This document shows, in pieces, positions 19,097-29,479 of a DNA stretch of 64,000 bases. The stretch spans positions 480,001 to 544,000 of the forward strand of contig CBDFJF010000001.1 in the NCBI GenBank assembly GCA_965248265.1. The letters run 5' to 3'. The translations under genes and the position numbers were made by a program. The stretch is from Candidatus Latescibacterota bacterium. Lineage in GTDB: Bacteria; Latescibacterota; UBA2968; UBA8231. The notes beneath the pieces were generated by a model that was given only the letters and a program-made list of their open reading frames with translations, made no database searches and was not told where the DNA came from. How positions within the stretch are numbered: the stretch's first letter is position 1; the number at the start of each line of letters is the position of its first letter.

Positions 19097-20416
19097 ATGG
19101 CTGAAGAGCCGACCGAGCAAGATTACGCCCTCATTATTCAGCAGCCGGGGAAAGCCGAACAGACCCTGGCCAAGTTTGTCAAGCTGTTACTGAGCTACCA
19201 GTACGGCCTCAACACGGAAATCGTCTCCGACTTCACCAAGGTGCGTTCGGTTCTGCGGCAGGGAGCCGATCGCATGCGTTGTTCCTTCGTCATTCAGAGC
19301 AAGGCCGTCAGTGCCCGCAGCACCGTACCGGTGCTCACCGACAAGGGCAGGATTCCGATCTTCCTGGTTCTGCCCGGGTACGTGGCCAACGAGCAGAAGG
19401 AGGACTGCGAAGAGATGGAGAATGTCTTCATCTCGCCGTGGGAGATGTCGTTCACGACCGGAGCCGGTTCGCTGCAGTCCGTCATCGCCATGGCTCTCAA
19501 GCAAGAAGAGGATGCGTTCGGGGACGGCGAATCCGACGAGTTCGAGGACCGCGTCCGCAAGCGGCTCGACAACCTGGACACGCTGCCGACGTTGCCAGCC
19601 ATTGTTACCCATATCATGCGCCTCATCAACGATCCGAAAACGACCATGGCGGAGTTGGAGGAGCTGCTTTCCTCCGATCCCTCCATCGTTCTCAAGGTCG
19701 TACAGATTGCCAACTCGGCCGTGTTCGCCGGCACCACCACCAACCGGCGCTGGAGCCTCAACGAGGCGATCGTTCGCCTCGGTTTGCGCAAAGTCGGCGC
19801 CATCGCCCAGCAGATTGCCCTTATCAACAGCTTCGTCCGTCCCGACGACAGCGATTTCGAGTTGCAGCGCTTCTGGGAGCACTCCGTGGCTTGCGCCATC
19901 ATGGCTGACAAACTCTGCGAAGGCGGGCATATCACCCTTGCCGACGAGGTGCAATTCAACGACTACTGGATCTGCGCTCTGTTGCACGACAGCGGCAAAC
20001 TGGTACAGGGGTTCTTCTTCTGGGACTGGTTCGAGCGCATCCTGCGCACGATGGAGAGCGAGGAATGCACCTACGCTGAGGCCGAAACCGAACTCATGGG
20101 TGGCATGGTCAGCCACGAGTTCATGGGTGAGCTGCTGCTGCGCAAGGCCAACATGCCCAACTCGCTGGTGCGGGCGATCGGCCTGCATCACGTCACCAGC
20201 GAAACCCCCGGGACCCTGGTCTCCATCATCCACGTCGCCAACGGACTGGTGAAGGAACTCGGTCTGGGGTACGCCGAAAACGAGGCCAGCGAATACACTC
20301 GACATGCCCTCGACTGTCTGAAGATCGGCAGGCCCGACTTGAGCCGGCTCAAGGACGAACTCGGGCCCACGGTACAATCAGAAGTCACGGCACTCGTGAA
20401 GCAATGCATGAGCTGA
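19097..20416 (+). CDS. HDOD domain protein with an N-terminal extension
   Basis: LPTLP, DPSIVLKVVQIANS, AIVRLG, FWEHS and LLHDSGKL motifs. Confidence 0.88.
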   Translation: MAEEPTEQDYALIIQQPGKAEQTLAKFVKLLLSYQYGLNTEIVSDFTKVRSVLRQGADRMRCSFVIQSKAVSARSTVPVLTDKGRIPIFLVLPGYVANEQKEDCEEMENVFISPWEMSFTTGAGSLQSVIAMALKQEEDAFGDGESDEFEDRVRKRLDNLDTLPTLPAIVTHIMRLINDPKTTMAELEELLSSDPSIVLKVVQIANSAVFAGTTTNRRWSLNEAIVRLGLRKVGAIAQQIALINSFVRPDDSDFELQRFWEHSVACAIMADKLCEGGHITLADEVQFNDYWICALLHDSGKLVQGFFFWDWFERILRTMESEECTYAEAETELMGGMVSHEFMGELLLRKANMPNSLVRAIGLHHVTSETPGTLVSIIHVANGLVKELGLGYAENEASEYTRHALDCLKIGRPDLSRLKDELGPTVQSEVTALVKQCMS

Positions 20417-20465
20417 CGTACTTCATCTGGTCCACGATCCTAAGACGAGCCAGCAGAGGAGAAGG

Positions 20466-21461
20466 ATGAGCAAGAAGGTTTTGCTGTCTCCGATCATGGA
20501 GAACCCGGATTACGACTCCTCGGACCGGCGCGCAGCCCTGGCGAAGCTCGGGCAGATCGCCGAACTGGAACCGTACCCGCGTGGCCAGGAAATGAAAACG
20601 GAACAGGCCGAGGGTGTCGTCGGTGTCATCGCCGACTCCTCACCGTTCCATGACAGCTTTTACCGAGACGGCAAGGACCTGCGTTTGGTGACCCGTTGGG
20701 GCGTGGGCTTCGACAAGGTCAACGTCGAGGCGGCCACGGAACTGGGTGTCGTGATCTGCGTAGCCCCCGTGCACATGGACACGGTCGCCGAGTACACGAT
20801 CACGCAATGGCTGGCGACACTCAAGCGCGTCTACACGCTCAATCATCTGTCACATGGTGGCGATTTCTCCATCATCCGCACCTTCGACGCCCAGGCCACG
20901 ACGCTGGGTCTGTACGGGTTCGGCCGTATCGGTCAGCAGACCGCGCTGCGGGCGAAACCGCTGCTGGGGGAGGGTTCTGGGAAGCTGCTCGTCTACGACA
21001 TCCGACCCGACATCAACGAAGTGGCGGCTCAGTTCGGCGCTGAGGCCGTCGATGATCCCATGTGTCTGTTTGAGTGCTGCGACACCGTATCTCTCCACGT
21101 GGCTGGCGATGACCCGATCGTCTCCTACGAACATCTGTGCGCGATGAAGCCGCACGCCTCGTTGATCAACCCATCACGCGGCAATCTCGTCGACGACGAG
21201 GCCGTCAACCGGGCCATCCGCGAAGAAAAGCTCTACTACTACGTCGTCGACGACCCCGTGAACGGCCCCCGCGCCATCCACAAAGACCACCCGCGCATCA
21301 TCTGCACCAATCACAACGGTGGCATTACCCAGGAATCCGTCGTGCGCCTCGACCTGCAGACGATTGACCAGGTGACTGATGCCATCAACGGCCGAGAGCC
21401 CGCCCACATCCTGAACCGCGACGTGCTCAATCACTCGCGGGTACGGGCGTGGCTGAAGTAA
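20466..21461 (+). CDS. D-isomer-specific 2-hydroxyacid dehydrogenase family, divergent type (paralog of 7512-8498)
   Basis: RWGVGFDKVN, GLYGFGRIG and LINPSRG motifs. Confidence 0.87.
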   Translation: MSKKVLLSPIMENPDYDSSDRRAALAKLGQIAELEPYPRGQEMKTEQAEGVVGVIADSSPFHDSFYRDGKDLRLVTRWGVGFDKVNVEAATELGVVICVAPVHMDTVAEYTITQWLATLKRVYTLNHLSHGGDFSIIRTFDAQATTLGLYGFGRIGQQTALRAKPLLGEGSGKLLVYDIRPDINEVAAQFGAEAVDDPMCLFECCDTVSLHVAGDDPIVSYEHLCAMKPHASLINPSRGNLVDDEAVNRAIREEKLYYYVVDDPVNGPRAIHKDHPRIICTNHNGGITQESVVRLDLQTIDQVTDAINGREPAHILNRDVLNHSRVRAWLK

Positions 21462-21548
21462 TATCCGGTCTGGAAATTTTTGTAACTCAATAAATTACAA
21501 CTACTAAAGAGAAATATCAGGAGGCGCGAGCAACGTGTCATTCTGTTG

Positions 21549-21577
21549 TTGACACGGCTGCGCCCGGCATCTATAGT
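21549..21577 (+). promoter_or_regulatory. sigma70-type promoter of the dnaE2 cassette
   Basis: TTGACA (21549-21554), 17-bp spacer, TATAGT (21572-21577). Confidence 0.8.
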
Positions 21578-21647
21578 ATACAAATGAGCACTTATCGAAC
21601 ACTGATTGAGAGTCACTGACCGACCATTCCTCCCCCGAGCCACGCCA

Positions 21648-24600
21648 ATGTCCGGATACGTTCCCCTGCACTGCCATTCATCCTTTTCATTCCATGCGGG
21701 CGTGCCCTCGGTGAGCGAGCTGGTCGCCCGCTGCAAGGAGCTCGGCATGACGGCGGCGGCGCTCACAGACACCGACCGGGTCAGCGGCCTCATCCTGTTC
21801 TACACGGAGTGCCTGCGGCAGGGGGTCAAACCGATTCTCGGAGTCGAACTGACGGACCCCGGTCCCAGCGCCCAGCGGGTTGACGGGGCCGGCGTGACGG
21901 CCAGGCCGCGCGTCTTGGTGCTGGCTCGCAACGCGGACGGCTACGGAGACCTGTGCCAGCTGACGACGCGCCGCCACCTTGAGGCCGCGCGTTTCCGCCT
22001 CTCAGAAGAACTGGCGAGGCCCCTGCCCAACCTCATTCTGATCACGGCCGACCCATCGATGCTGGGAACGCTGGCCGGCGGGGCGAATCGAGAACGGCTA
22101 TTCGGCGAGCTGATTCACCACTGCGAGCGGACACGGCGCCGCAGCGCGCAGCTACAGGTCACGGCGCGCGCGCTTGGAGTGCCGCTGGTAGCTTCCAACG
22201 ACGCTTTTTTTATTCAGCGAGAGGACTGGGAGACTCACCGCATTTTGACGGCCATCGGTCTCAATTCCACCCTGTCCCGCTTGCAGCCAGAGGAGCTGGC
22301 CTCGGAACGGGCTTTTGTGTGCGGGGTCAGCGAGATGAAAAGCGCCTTCGACGCCCAGCCCGAGGCCGTGGCGAACACGCTCCATGTGGCCGGATTGTGC
22401 AACGTCGAACTCGATCTCGGGCACTGGATCATGCCACGCGTTTCCGTGCCGGCCGGGCATTCCCCGGAGTCGTACCTGGCGGCGCTGGCCGCCGATGGAC
22501 TGGAGTCGAACTACGGCTCGTCCGAGGTGGCCACGAAGGCGCGGGCCATGGCCATCCAGCAGATGGAGCTTGAGGTGATAACCAAGCTCGGATACCCATC
22601 CTACTTCCTGATGGTGAAGGAGATTCGCGACTGGGCCAATCATCGCTTCAGCCACCGCTATCGCCGACCGCAGGATTGCACGATTCTGCGCGGCAGCGCG
22701 GCGAACTCGATCACGTTCTACAACATCGGCGTCAGCGACCTGGACCCGATTCGCTACGATCTCTACTTCGAGAGGTTTCTCAACGAGGAGCGCGCGTCGC
22801 CGCCGGATGCCGACCTCGACTTCGGCTGGGACGAGCGCGATCAGGCCCTGGAATTCATGGTCGAGCGCTGGGGAGAGGACCGTGTCGCCGTCACCTGCAC
22901 GACCAACCATTTCCGCGAGCGCGCCGCCTTTCGCGAGACCGCCAAGGTCTTCGGCTACACCGATGAGGATGTGAGCCAGATCCTGGCAAGTTATCGCACC
23001 CGCTCCAAGCGCATCGAGGACGCCCAGATCGACCGTATCTGGGAGCTGGCCGATCAGATTCGCGGCAAGCCCCGATTCCTGGGCCAGCATCCCGGCGGTG
23101 TTCTGGTGACGAACGATCCCATCAGCCGCCACGTCGCATGCGAGTGCTCCGGCGGTGAGAAAAATCGCACCATCACGCAAATCGACATGCACAATGGCAT
23201 AGATGAGCTGGGCTTGATCAAGTTCGACATCCTCGGCAACGGCTCGCTCTCGGTGCTGCGTGACAGCCTCGACCAGCTCGCCGAGCAGGACATCGCCGAC
23301 CCCAACGTCTGGGATCTGGACAAGTGTTACGGCGACGCGGCGGTCAAGGATGTGATCCGAAGGGGCCGCACCAAGGGGATCTTCTACATCGAGAGTCCCG
23401 CTCAGCGGCGCCTCAACCAGAAGTCACTGGCAGAGACCTTCGAGGAGATCACCATTACTTCGAGTCTGGTCCGTCCCGCCGGCTCGCAGTACACGCAACT
23501 GTTCGTCGAGCGTGAACGCAAAAGGAAACAGGGCGTGCGTGACTGGGATTTCGTCCATCCCTCGTTGGAGCCGATTCTGTCGCAGACCCACGACGTGTGC
23601 GCTTTCCAGGAGGACGTGACCAGGATCTGCCATGAAGTTGCCGGGCTCAGTTTCAAGCAGGCCGACAAGATTCGCAAGATGATGAACAGCCACCACGAGG
23701 GCGCTCCGACGGACGAGGTGTGGGCGGATACCGCGCGTGCCTTTCTGGGTGGCTGTATCAGTCACACCGGATTGAATCCGGAGCAGGCCGCCGAGTTGTG
23801 GGAGCGCGTCAGTTCGTTCACCGGTTTCAGCTTCTGCAAGTCCCACAGTGCCACCTACGCGCAGTTGTCCTTTCAATGCACTTATCTCAAGGCGCATTAT
23901 CCGGCACAGTTCCTGGCAGCCGTGATCAGTAATGGTCACGGATTCTACCGGCGCGACGTTTACCTCAACGAGGCCAGGCGCTGGGGGATCACGGTCCTCC
24001 CGCTGGACGTCAACGAATCCGCGGCGCGCTATCGCGGTCGCGGTCGCTACATGCGTCCCGGTCTCATGCACGTGCGCGGCTTGAGGAGCAGCATCCTGAA
24101 CCGCCTCGTCGACGAGCGCGTCGCCAACGGGCCTTTTGCTGGCCTGAGCGATTTCTGTCAGCGTCTGCGACCGCGCAAGGGAGCTGACGGCATTCACCGG
24201 GCCGAGGTCGAGCGACTCATCCTGGTTGGCGCCTTCGATCGGTTCGATTTGACCCAACCGCAGTCTCTCTATCTACTCGACGAACTGATAGGCCACCGTG
24301 ACGACGGCATGGATCTGTTTTCCGCCGCTGGCAGCGGGGCCGTCCCGAGCTACGTCCCCATCGAATCCGTCGACTACAGTCTGGCCGAGCGCTGCCTGCG
24401 TGAACTCGAGCTTCTCGGGTACATGCTGTCGGGAGACATTCTCGAGATCCTTCGACTACACCCCGGGGCGCGTGACACGGTCGCCGCCCGCGACCTCGGA
24501 GACTACGCCGGCAAGGGCAGGGTCAAACTCTTCGGACGCCAGGTCACCGAGCGCATGCACCGCGTGCAGCGCAGCGGGGATCCGATGATGTTCCTGACCA

Positions 24601-24866
24601 TCGAGGATCGCACCGAGAGCGCTGACGTGATTCTATGGCCGGACGTGTTCGAGCGTTTCGCCGACATCGCGGCCGAGCCCGGACCCTTCGAAGTCTGGGG
24701 GCGCGTGACCGAAGACTGGGGCACCTACTGCCTTGAGGCCGACTCCATTCGATGCGTCGATTGGGAGCCAAACCAGATCGACCTCGAGTTGGCCTCGCGC
24801 CACCTGGAGCGGTCATTTTCGGGAAGCGAGTTCGTCTATGCTGATATCGACACGGAAGCAGCCTGA
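21648..24866 (+). CDS. dnaE2: DNA polymerase III alpha subunit, probably the error-prone DnaE2 type
   Basis: PHP domain (LHCHSSFS), RGSAANS, PDADLDF, HPGG, IKFDILG, FCKSHSA and a C-terminal OB fold; short (about 1070 aa) and coupled to a Y-family gene. Confidence 0.85.
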   Translation: MSGYVPLHCHSSFSFHAGVPSVSELVARCKELGMTAAALTDTDRVSGLILFYTECLRQGVKPILGVELTDPGPSAQRVDGAGVTARPRVLVLARNADGYGDLCQLTTRRHLEAARFRLSEELARPLPNLILITADPSMLGTLAGGANRERLFGELIHHCERTRRRSAQLQVTARALGVPLVASNDAFFIQREDWETHRILTAIGLNSTLSRLQPEELASERAFVCGVSEMKSAFDAQPEAVANTLHVAGLCNVELDLGHWIMPRVSVPAGHSPESYLAALAADGLESNYGSSEVATKARAMAIQQMELEVITKLGYPSYFLMVKEIRDWANHRFSHRYRRPQDCTILRGSAANSITFYNIGVSDLDPIRYDLYFERFLNEERASPPDADLDFGWDERDQALEFMVERWGEDRVAVTCTTNHFRERAAFRETAKVFGYTDEDVSQILASYRTRSKRIEDAQIDRIWELADQIRGKPRFLGQHPGGVLVTNDPISRHVACECSGGEKNRTITQIDMHNGIDELGLIKFDILGNGSLSVLRDSLDQLAEQDIADPNVWDLDKCYGDAAVKDVIRRGRTKGIFYIESPAQRRLNQKSLAETFEEITITSSLVRPAGSQYTQLFVERERKRKQGVRDWDFVHPSLEPILSQTHDVCAFQEDVTRICHEVAGLSFKQADKIRKMMNSHHEGAPTDEVWADTARAFLGGCISHTGLNPEQAAELWERVSSFTGFSFCKSHSATYAQLSFQCTYLKAHYPAQFLAAVISNGHGFYRRDVYLNEARRWGITVLPLDVNESAARYRGRGRYMRPGLMHVRGLRSSILNRLVDERVANGPFAGLSDFCQRLRPRKGADGIHRAEVERLILVGAFDRFDLTQPQSLYLLDELIGHRDDGMDLFSAAGSGAVPSYVPIESVDYSLAERCLRELELLGYMLSGDILEILRLHPGARDTVAARDLGDYAGKGRVKLFGRQVTERMHRVQRSGDPMMFLTIEDRTESADVILWPDVFERFADIAAEPGPFEVWGRVTEDWGTYCLEADSIRCVDWEPNQIDLELASRHLERSFSGSEFVYADIDTEAA

Positions 24867-26110
24867 GCCGCTTCATTTGGCGATCGAGGTCGACCAGTTC
24901 GCCGCACAATCCATTGCAGCGCGGCGAGTTGATCTGCGCGGACGGCCCTTCGTCGTGGTACAGCAAGACGCCGACAGTCATTACGCGGCCGTTTATTCCC
25001 GCTCCACCGAGGCCGCCGATTTCGGCATCGAACCGGGGATGCCGCTGTTCGCCGCCCGTCGGCGATGTCCGGAGGCCGCCGTAGTCAACCGCGACCGCAC
25101 GCTCGAGGCGGCGGCCCGGAGGCGGTTGACCCGGGCCCTGAACCAGTGGAGTCCGGGTGTGGTTGTGCGGGACCAGGCGCGCTGCAGCCTGGATTTGTCG
25201 GGAACGCCCGCGCAACGAGTGTGGGGAGGCGCCGACCGAACACCTCTTCGCGTTGGCCAGCCGAGTGCAGTCGGACATCGGATCGCGCGGTGAGCTGCAC
25301 ACACTGGCCGTCGGCATGTCTTCCTCTGCCCTGATTGCCCGCATGCTGGCTCGGCAGGCATTGCCGCATGGCGTTGCCGTGTGCCCACCCGGGTTCGAAC
25401 TGGACGAGCTCGCCAGCAAGCCGGTTGACGTGCTACCGGGATTGTCGGCTGCGGTGAGAGAGAAACTGCGCAAGTACGGGTTGCAGTACGTACACCAGGT
25501 TCAGCGGCTGGAGCGTCGGTCCCTGGTCAAGCGATTGGGTCGGCACGACGGTGGCAAGCTCTACGGCATGGTGCGAGGAGTCAGCGATTCGATGCCGCGC
25601 GAGAATGAGGTCTTCCCCGCGATTACGGCAGAGACGGTTCTGCGCACCGACCTGAACGAAGATTTTCTCTTGGCCCAATGCGTACGCCTGACCGCCGATC
25701 GCATGTGCGACAAACTGCGTAACGCGAAGCTGCTGGCGCGCCGACTCACGTTCAGGTTGTGGCACACCGACAATCGATGCGTTCAGCGGACGACGCAGCT
25801 GGCGCAGGCGACGGCTGATTTCGGCACCATCGAAGCGGCCGCCCGCCGCCTGTTCGCCGACGCCTATGTGCGAAGGGCCGCCATTAAATCAATGAGCTTG
25901 AGCGCCACCCGCCCCAGTCACTCGACCAGGCAGATCGATCTGTTCGAGACGACGCACGATCGAAAGCTACAATCCCTGGGCGCAGCCATCACAGACATCC
26001 GCCACCGCATGGGGTTCGAAGCCGTGCTCAGCGGCGCCTCATCTCACCCCGATCTGCGTGCCGCCCTCCGGCACATGGGAGCTCCTCCGGCGCCAGTGTC
26101 AGATCCCTGA
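24838..26110 (+). CDS. Y-family polymerase-like protein (ImuB/DinB-like), probably inactive; apparent +1 frameshift at G-run 25223-25226
   Basis: LRGRPFVV, SxEAxxFGIEPGMPLFAARRRCP and VDVLPGL plus a little-finger domain and QIDLF clamp motif. Split across ORFs 24733-25293 and 25157-26110; the catalytic S-x-D-E motif is absent. Confidence 0.8.
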
Positions 26111-26207
26111 GGCTCCATGTCACGGTCGCGTGTCCCTGGCTTGACCATCCTGTGGGGCGCGTCTACCTTGTGGCTACAACGTTGGTCATCTGCAAGATTA
26201 GACTGCC

Positions 26208-27566
26208 GTGCCTCCCCATTGCCACCCTTTTATCTCTTTCGCATCCGACGCTGCCCGTCGCCCGCAGCAGGCTGGTCCGCACCTGCAAAGTGGTGACCGA
26301 GCTCGCCGCGCCGCGCCGGTCCCAGGTAGACGTTCCTGCAGCAATGGCCCCCGCACGGTCCTCGCAGTAACGCTTGCGCTTGCTGGTTGCGCGGCCGCTC
26401 TGTCGTGCCGGCCGGGCGTTCCCGCTGAGACCGAAGAACTCGCCACGGGTGTCTATCACCACGCTGTCAGTCTCATAGATGGGCCCTGGGCGATCCATGT
26501 AGTTGAGGTCGATTTGCGCCGGGCCTGGGAGGAAGGCGTGCGACTGCGTACCGTGAGGGCGTCGGCGTCCCCGTCGGGCCTTGAGAAAACGAGTGCGATG
26601 GCCCGGGGCGCACTCGCGGCCGTCAACGGCGACTTCTTTCACGACAGCGATCCAGCGCGAACACTGGGTCTGCAGATCAGCGAGGGCGGGTTGGTTGAAA
26701 ACCCCCGTCGGGGATCTGCCTTTGCCATCAGTGATGCCGGGCATCCGACCATCGCTGTCTTCAATCTGCGCGCGGGGTTGATCACCGCCGCCGGCGAATC
26801 GCTGCCCATCGCCGTTTTCAACCGGGACCCCGGTCAGGCTGCACTATCCTACTACAATCGGCATGCACAGGGACGGCGTGACTCCGTTCGCGCCGCCGTT
26901 GGATTTCATCTGCAGAGTCTGCGTACGGCATCCGCGATCAACGACACGGTTGAAGCGCGCGTTCTTCAAGTGCGCCGACAAGCTTGGCCTTTGCGTCTGG
27001 GCGCCGACGAGTGGTTCGTGGCCGCGGGAAGCGAGCACGCCAACATCGAAGCTGTAGCTGCCGGTGATACCGTGGGTCTCTACTGCCTCCTGCCGCCGGT
27101 CGTTGACCATCTGGTGGAAGCGATCGGCGGTGGCCCCAGAATAATCAGAGACGGCGAGGTCTCGGTAGAGCACCAGCAGGAGAATCTCGGCAGCGAATTC
27201 GCGCAACAGCGCCATCCTCGCACTGCCGTGGGCTATTCCCGCGACGGTCACAGCCTCTTTCTGGTGACCGTCGATGGCCACCAACCCGGTTACAGCGTCG
27301 GCATGAGCCTCGAGGAGCTTGCTCAGTTCATGGCGCACACCCTGGCCTCCTTCTCTCGTACGCGCCAGAGCGCTTATCAGGCTTTGAACCTCGATGGCGG
27401 CAAGTCGACGACGATGGTTGTCAAGGAGCAAGTCGTCAACCGGCCATCCTATCCCACGGGGGAGCAGGCCGTTGCCAACGCTCTGACGATCGTGGCGGCG
27501 AAAGCGATCCAATCTCCGCGCGATACCTCGGTGGAAGGGGAGGGTTCGCAAGATGCCGCGCTTTAG
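26208..27566 (+). CDS. Phosphodiester glycosidase (NAGPA/DUF2233) family exported protein
   Basis: AAVNGDFF, GGGPRII, RHPRTAVG, VTVDG and ALNLDGGKST motifs; start uncertain. Confidence 0.88.
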   Translation: MPPHCHPFISFASDAARRPQQAGPHLQSGDRARRAAPVPGRRSCSNGPRTVLAVTLALAGCAAALSCRPGVPAETEELATGVYHHAVSLIDGPWAIHVVEVDLRRAWEEGVRLRTVRASASPSGLEKTSAMARGALAAVNGDFFHDSDPARTLGLQISEGGLVENPRRGSAFAISDAGHPTIAVFNLRAGLITAAGESLPIAVFNRDPGQAALSYYNRHAQGRRDSVRAAVGFHLQSLRTASAINDTVEARVLQVRRQAWPLRLGADEWFVAAGSEHANIEAVAAGDTVGLYCLLPPVVDHLVEAIGGGPRIIRDGEVSVEHQQENLGSEFAQQRHPRTAVGYSRDGHSLFLVTVDGHQPGYSVGMSLEELAQFMAHTLASFSRTRQSAYQALNLDGGKSTTMVVKEQVVNRPSYPTGEQAVANALTIVAAKAIQSPRDTSVEGEGSQDAAL

Positions 27567-28611
27567 GCACGAGGCACTGCGCGATCTGGGTGCAGCTCTG
27601 TTCGAGGCCGTGGGAACGCCGGCCGTCGATGCTGAGTTGGTGGCCGAGCACATGGTCGAATCGGGCTTGATGGGTCACGACTCTCACAGCGTTCTGCGCT
27701 ATCCACAATACGTGGAAGCCGCTCGTAGCGGTCGCATTAAGTGCGGCGCCTCGATGAATATTCTCAGTGACAACGCGCGGACCGCGCAGGTGAGCGGTAA
27801 CTGGAATTTCGGCGCGGTCACGGCGACCAAGGCGGTCCGGCTGGCGATGGACAAGGTTCGAGGAGGGGCTATCAGCGCGGTTACTGCCAAGGATTGCTGG
27901 CACGTGGGGCGTCTTGGTGGGTTCGCGGCGACGGCCGCTAGGGAAAATCTGGTTGCCCTTCTGATGTGTAACGGTCAAGGTGGCGATCTGTCGGTGGTTC
28001 CGTTCGGGGGCAGGGAGCGCCGTCTGCCCACGAATCCACTGGCTGTGGCCCTGCCAACGGGGCGGGATTGGCCGATCGTCCTCGACATGGCGACGAGTAT
28101 GACGTCAGGCGGCGCCATGCGCGTGTACCGCAATCTTGGACAGCCTGTGCCCGAGGGGTTTGCCGTCGATGCGCAAGGCAATCCGGTCACCGATGTTGAG
28201 CAGTACTATGGCCCCCCAATGGGAGGAATGCTGCCACTTGGTTTCCCCGACGCGGGCCACAAGGGATTCGGACTGAGCCTGCTCGTGGACATGCTTTCCG
28301 GGGCACTGTCGAGAGGGGGGTGTTCGCAGGCTGATCCGTCTGATCCGGGCAACGCCCTTTTAATAACACTCCTCGATATCGAGGCGTTCATTCCCATCGA
28401 CGTATTTTTCGAGGAAGTCCAGCTGTTTATCGATTGGGTGAAGTCGGCTCCACCGGGTGAGGGGTACCAGGAGGTTATGCTTCTCGGAGAAAACGCCCAT
28501 CGGGCCTACCTGGAGCGTTCACGGGACGGTCTCGTCGTCGACGATCAGGCCTGGGAGCAGATCCGCGAGGTCGCTTCTGAGCTTGAGGTGCCGTTGCCGC
28601 AGGCGGTCTAG
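27553..28611 (+). CDS. Ldh_2 (type 2 malate/L-lactate dehydrogenase-like) oxidoreductase
   Basis: GHDSH, HVGRLG, TNPLA, LDMATS and HKGFGL motifs. Confidence 0.9.
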   Translation: MPRFRHEALRDLGAALFEAVGTPAVDAELVAEHMVESGLMGHDSHSVLRYPQYVEAARSGRIKCGASMNILSDNARTAQVSGNWNFGAVTATKAVRLAMDKVRGGAISAVTAKDCWHVGRLGGFAATAARENLVALLMCNGQGGDLSVVPFGGRERRLPTNPLAVALPTGRDWPIVLDMATSMTSGGAMRVYRNLGQPVPEGFAVDAQGNPVTDVEQYYGPPMGGMLPLGFPDAGHKGFGLSLLVDMLSGALSRGGCSQADPSDPGNALLITLLDIEAFIPIDVFFEEVQLFIDWVKSAPPGEGYQEVMLLGENAHRAYLERSRDGLVVDDQAWEQIREVASELEVPLPQAV

Positions 28612-29468
28612 CCGACGGCTCCGTTCAGGTTGTACTCTGCACCCTCTCTGGCCGCCTCGATAATCAGACTTTCACCCTGGTGGGCAGCGACCACCTGATC
28701 GATCCCCGCGTCGTCGCGGTCGGGATGATGGTGAAAGAGCAACACCCGGTCCGCACCCGCCGACCGGCCGATGTCGAGCGCCTCGAGGTCGGATGAGTGA
28801 CCACATCCGGTTCGCGTCTGGGTGGCATCCGTACTGGCATAGTGGGCGTCGTGTATGAGTACATCCACCCCATTCGCCAGCTCCAGACTCACCTGCCGCT
28901 GCGAATCGTCCGTGTACTCCACATCGGGAATGTAGGCCAGCGACACACCACCACACTCCAGGCGATACCCCAGACACTGTACGTCTGGCACATGGTTGAC
29001 CGGTCGAGAGGTCACGTGGGTCGATCCGATATCGAATTCGCCGCCGGTGTTTCCAAGGTCGAAGATGTCCAGTTTGGCCCCTATGCGGTCGTCGAAGAAG
29101 TTCGGTACGGGGCAGAAGGTGGAGTCCATCTGTTCAACCAGAAGTTGGGAAAGGGGTTTGTCCGCGCGTCCGGGTCCGTAGATGGAGAATCGGTTTCCAT
29201 CCACCAGCATGGGCAGGAAGAAGGGGATTCCCTGGATGTGTCCCCAATGAGTATGGCTGACGAGGACATGAGCATGACCACCACCCTGCGAGAAACCCGC
29301 GTCCATCAGATCATCACCCAGCCAGTGGAGTCCGAGTCCTGCATCCAGAATGATGATCTCGCCGTCCGCTGCCCGAACCTCAACACAGGGCGTGTTGCCG
29401 CCGTGGCGGGCATTCGATGCAACGGGAGTGGCGACCGATCCTCTGGTGCCCCAAAGCTTGATACGCAA
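28608..29468 (-). CDS. MBL-fold metallo-hydrolase (phosphodiesterase-like)
   Basis: WGTRGS, GGNTPCVE, LDAGLG, SHTHWGHIQG and FHHHP motifs; TTG start. Confidence 0.88.
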   Translation of the reverse strand: MRIKLWGTRGSVATPVASNARHGGNTPCVEVRAADGEIIILDAGLGLHWLGDDLMDAGFSQGGGHAHVLVSHTHWGHIQGIPFFLPMLVDGNRFSIYGPGRADKPLSQLLVEQMDSTFCPVPNFFDDRIGAKLDIFDLGNTGGEFDIGSTHVTSRPVNHVPDVQCLGYRLECGGVSLAYIPDVEYTDDSQRQVSLELANGVDVLIHDAHYASTDATQTRTGCGHSSDLEALDIGRSAGADRVLLFHHHPDRDDAGIDQVVAAHQGESLIIEAAREGAEYNLNGAVG

Positions 29469-29479
29469 GGATGTTCCCT

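Noticed and set aside
19187-20377. Long antisense or alternate-frame ORFs (also 14075-15139, 22152-23192, 47491-48396)
   Set aside because: They overlap well-supported genes and are expected in high-GC DNA.
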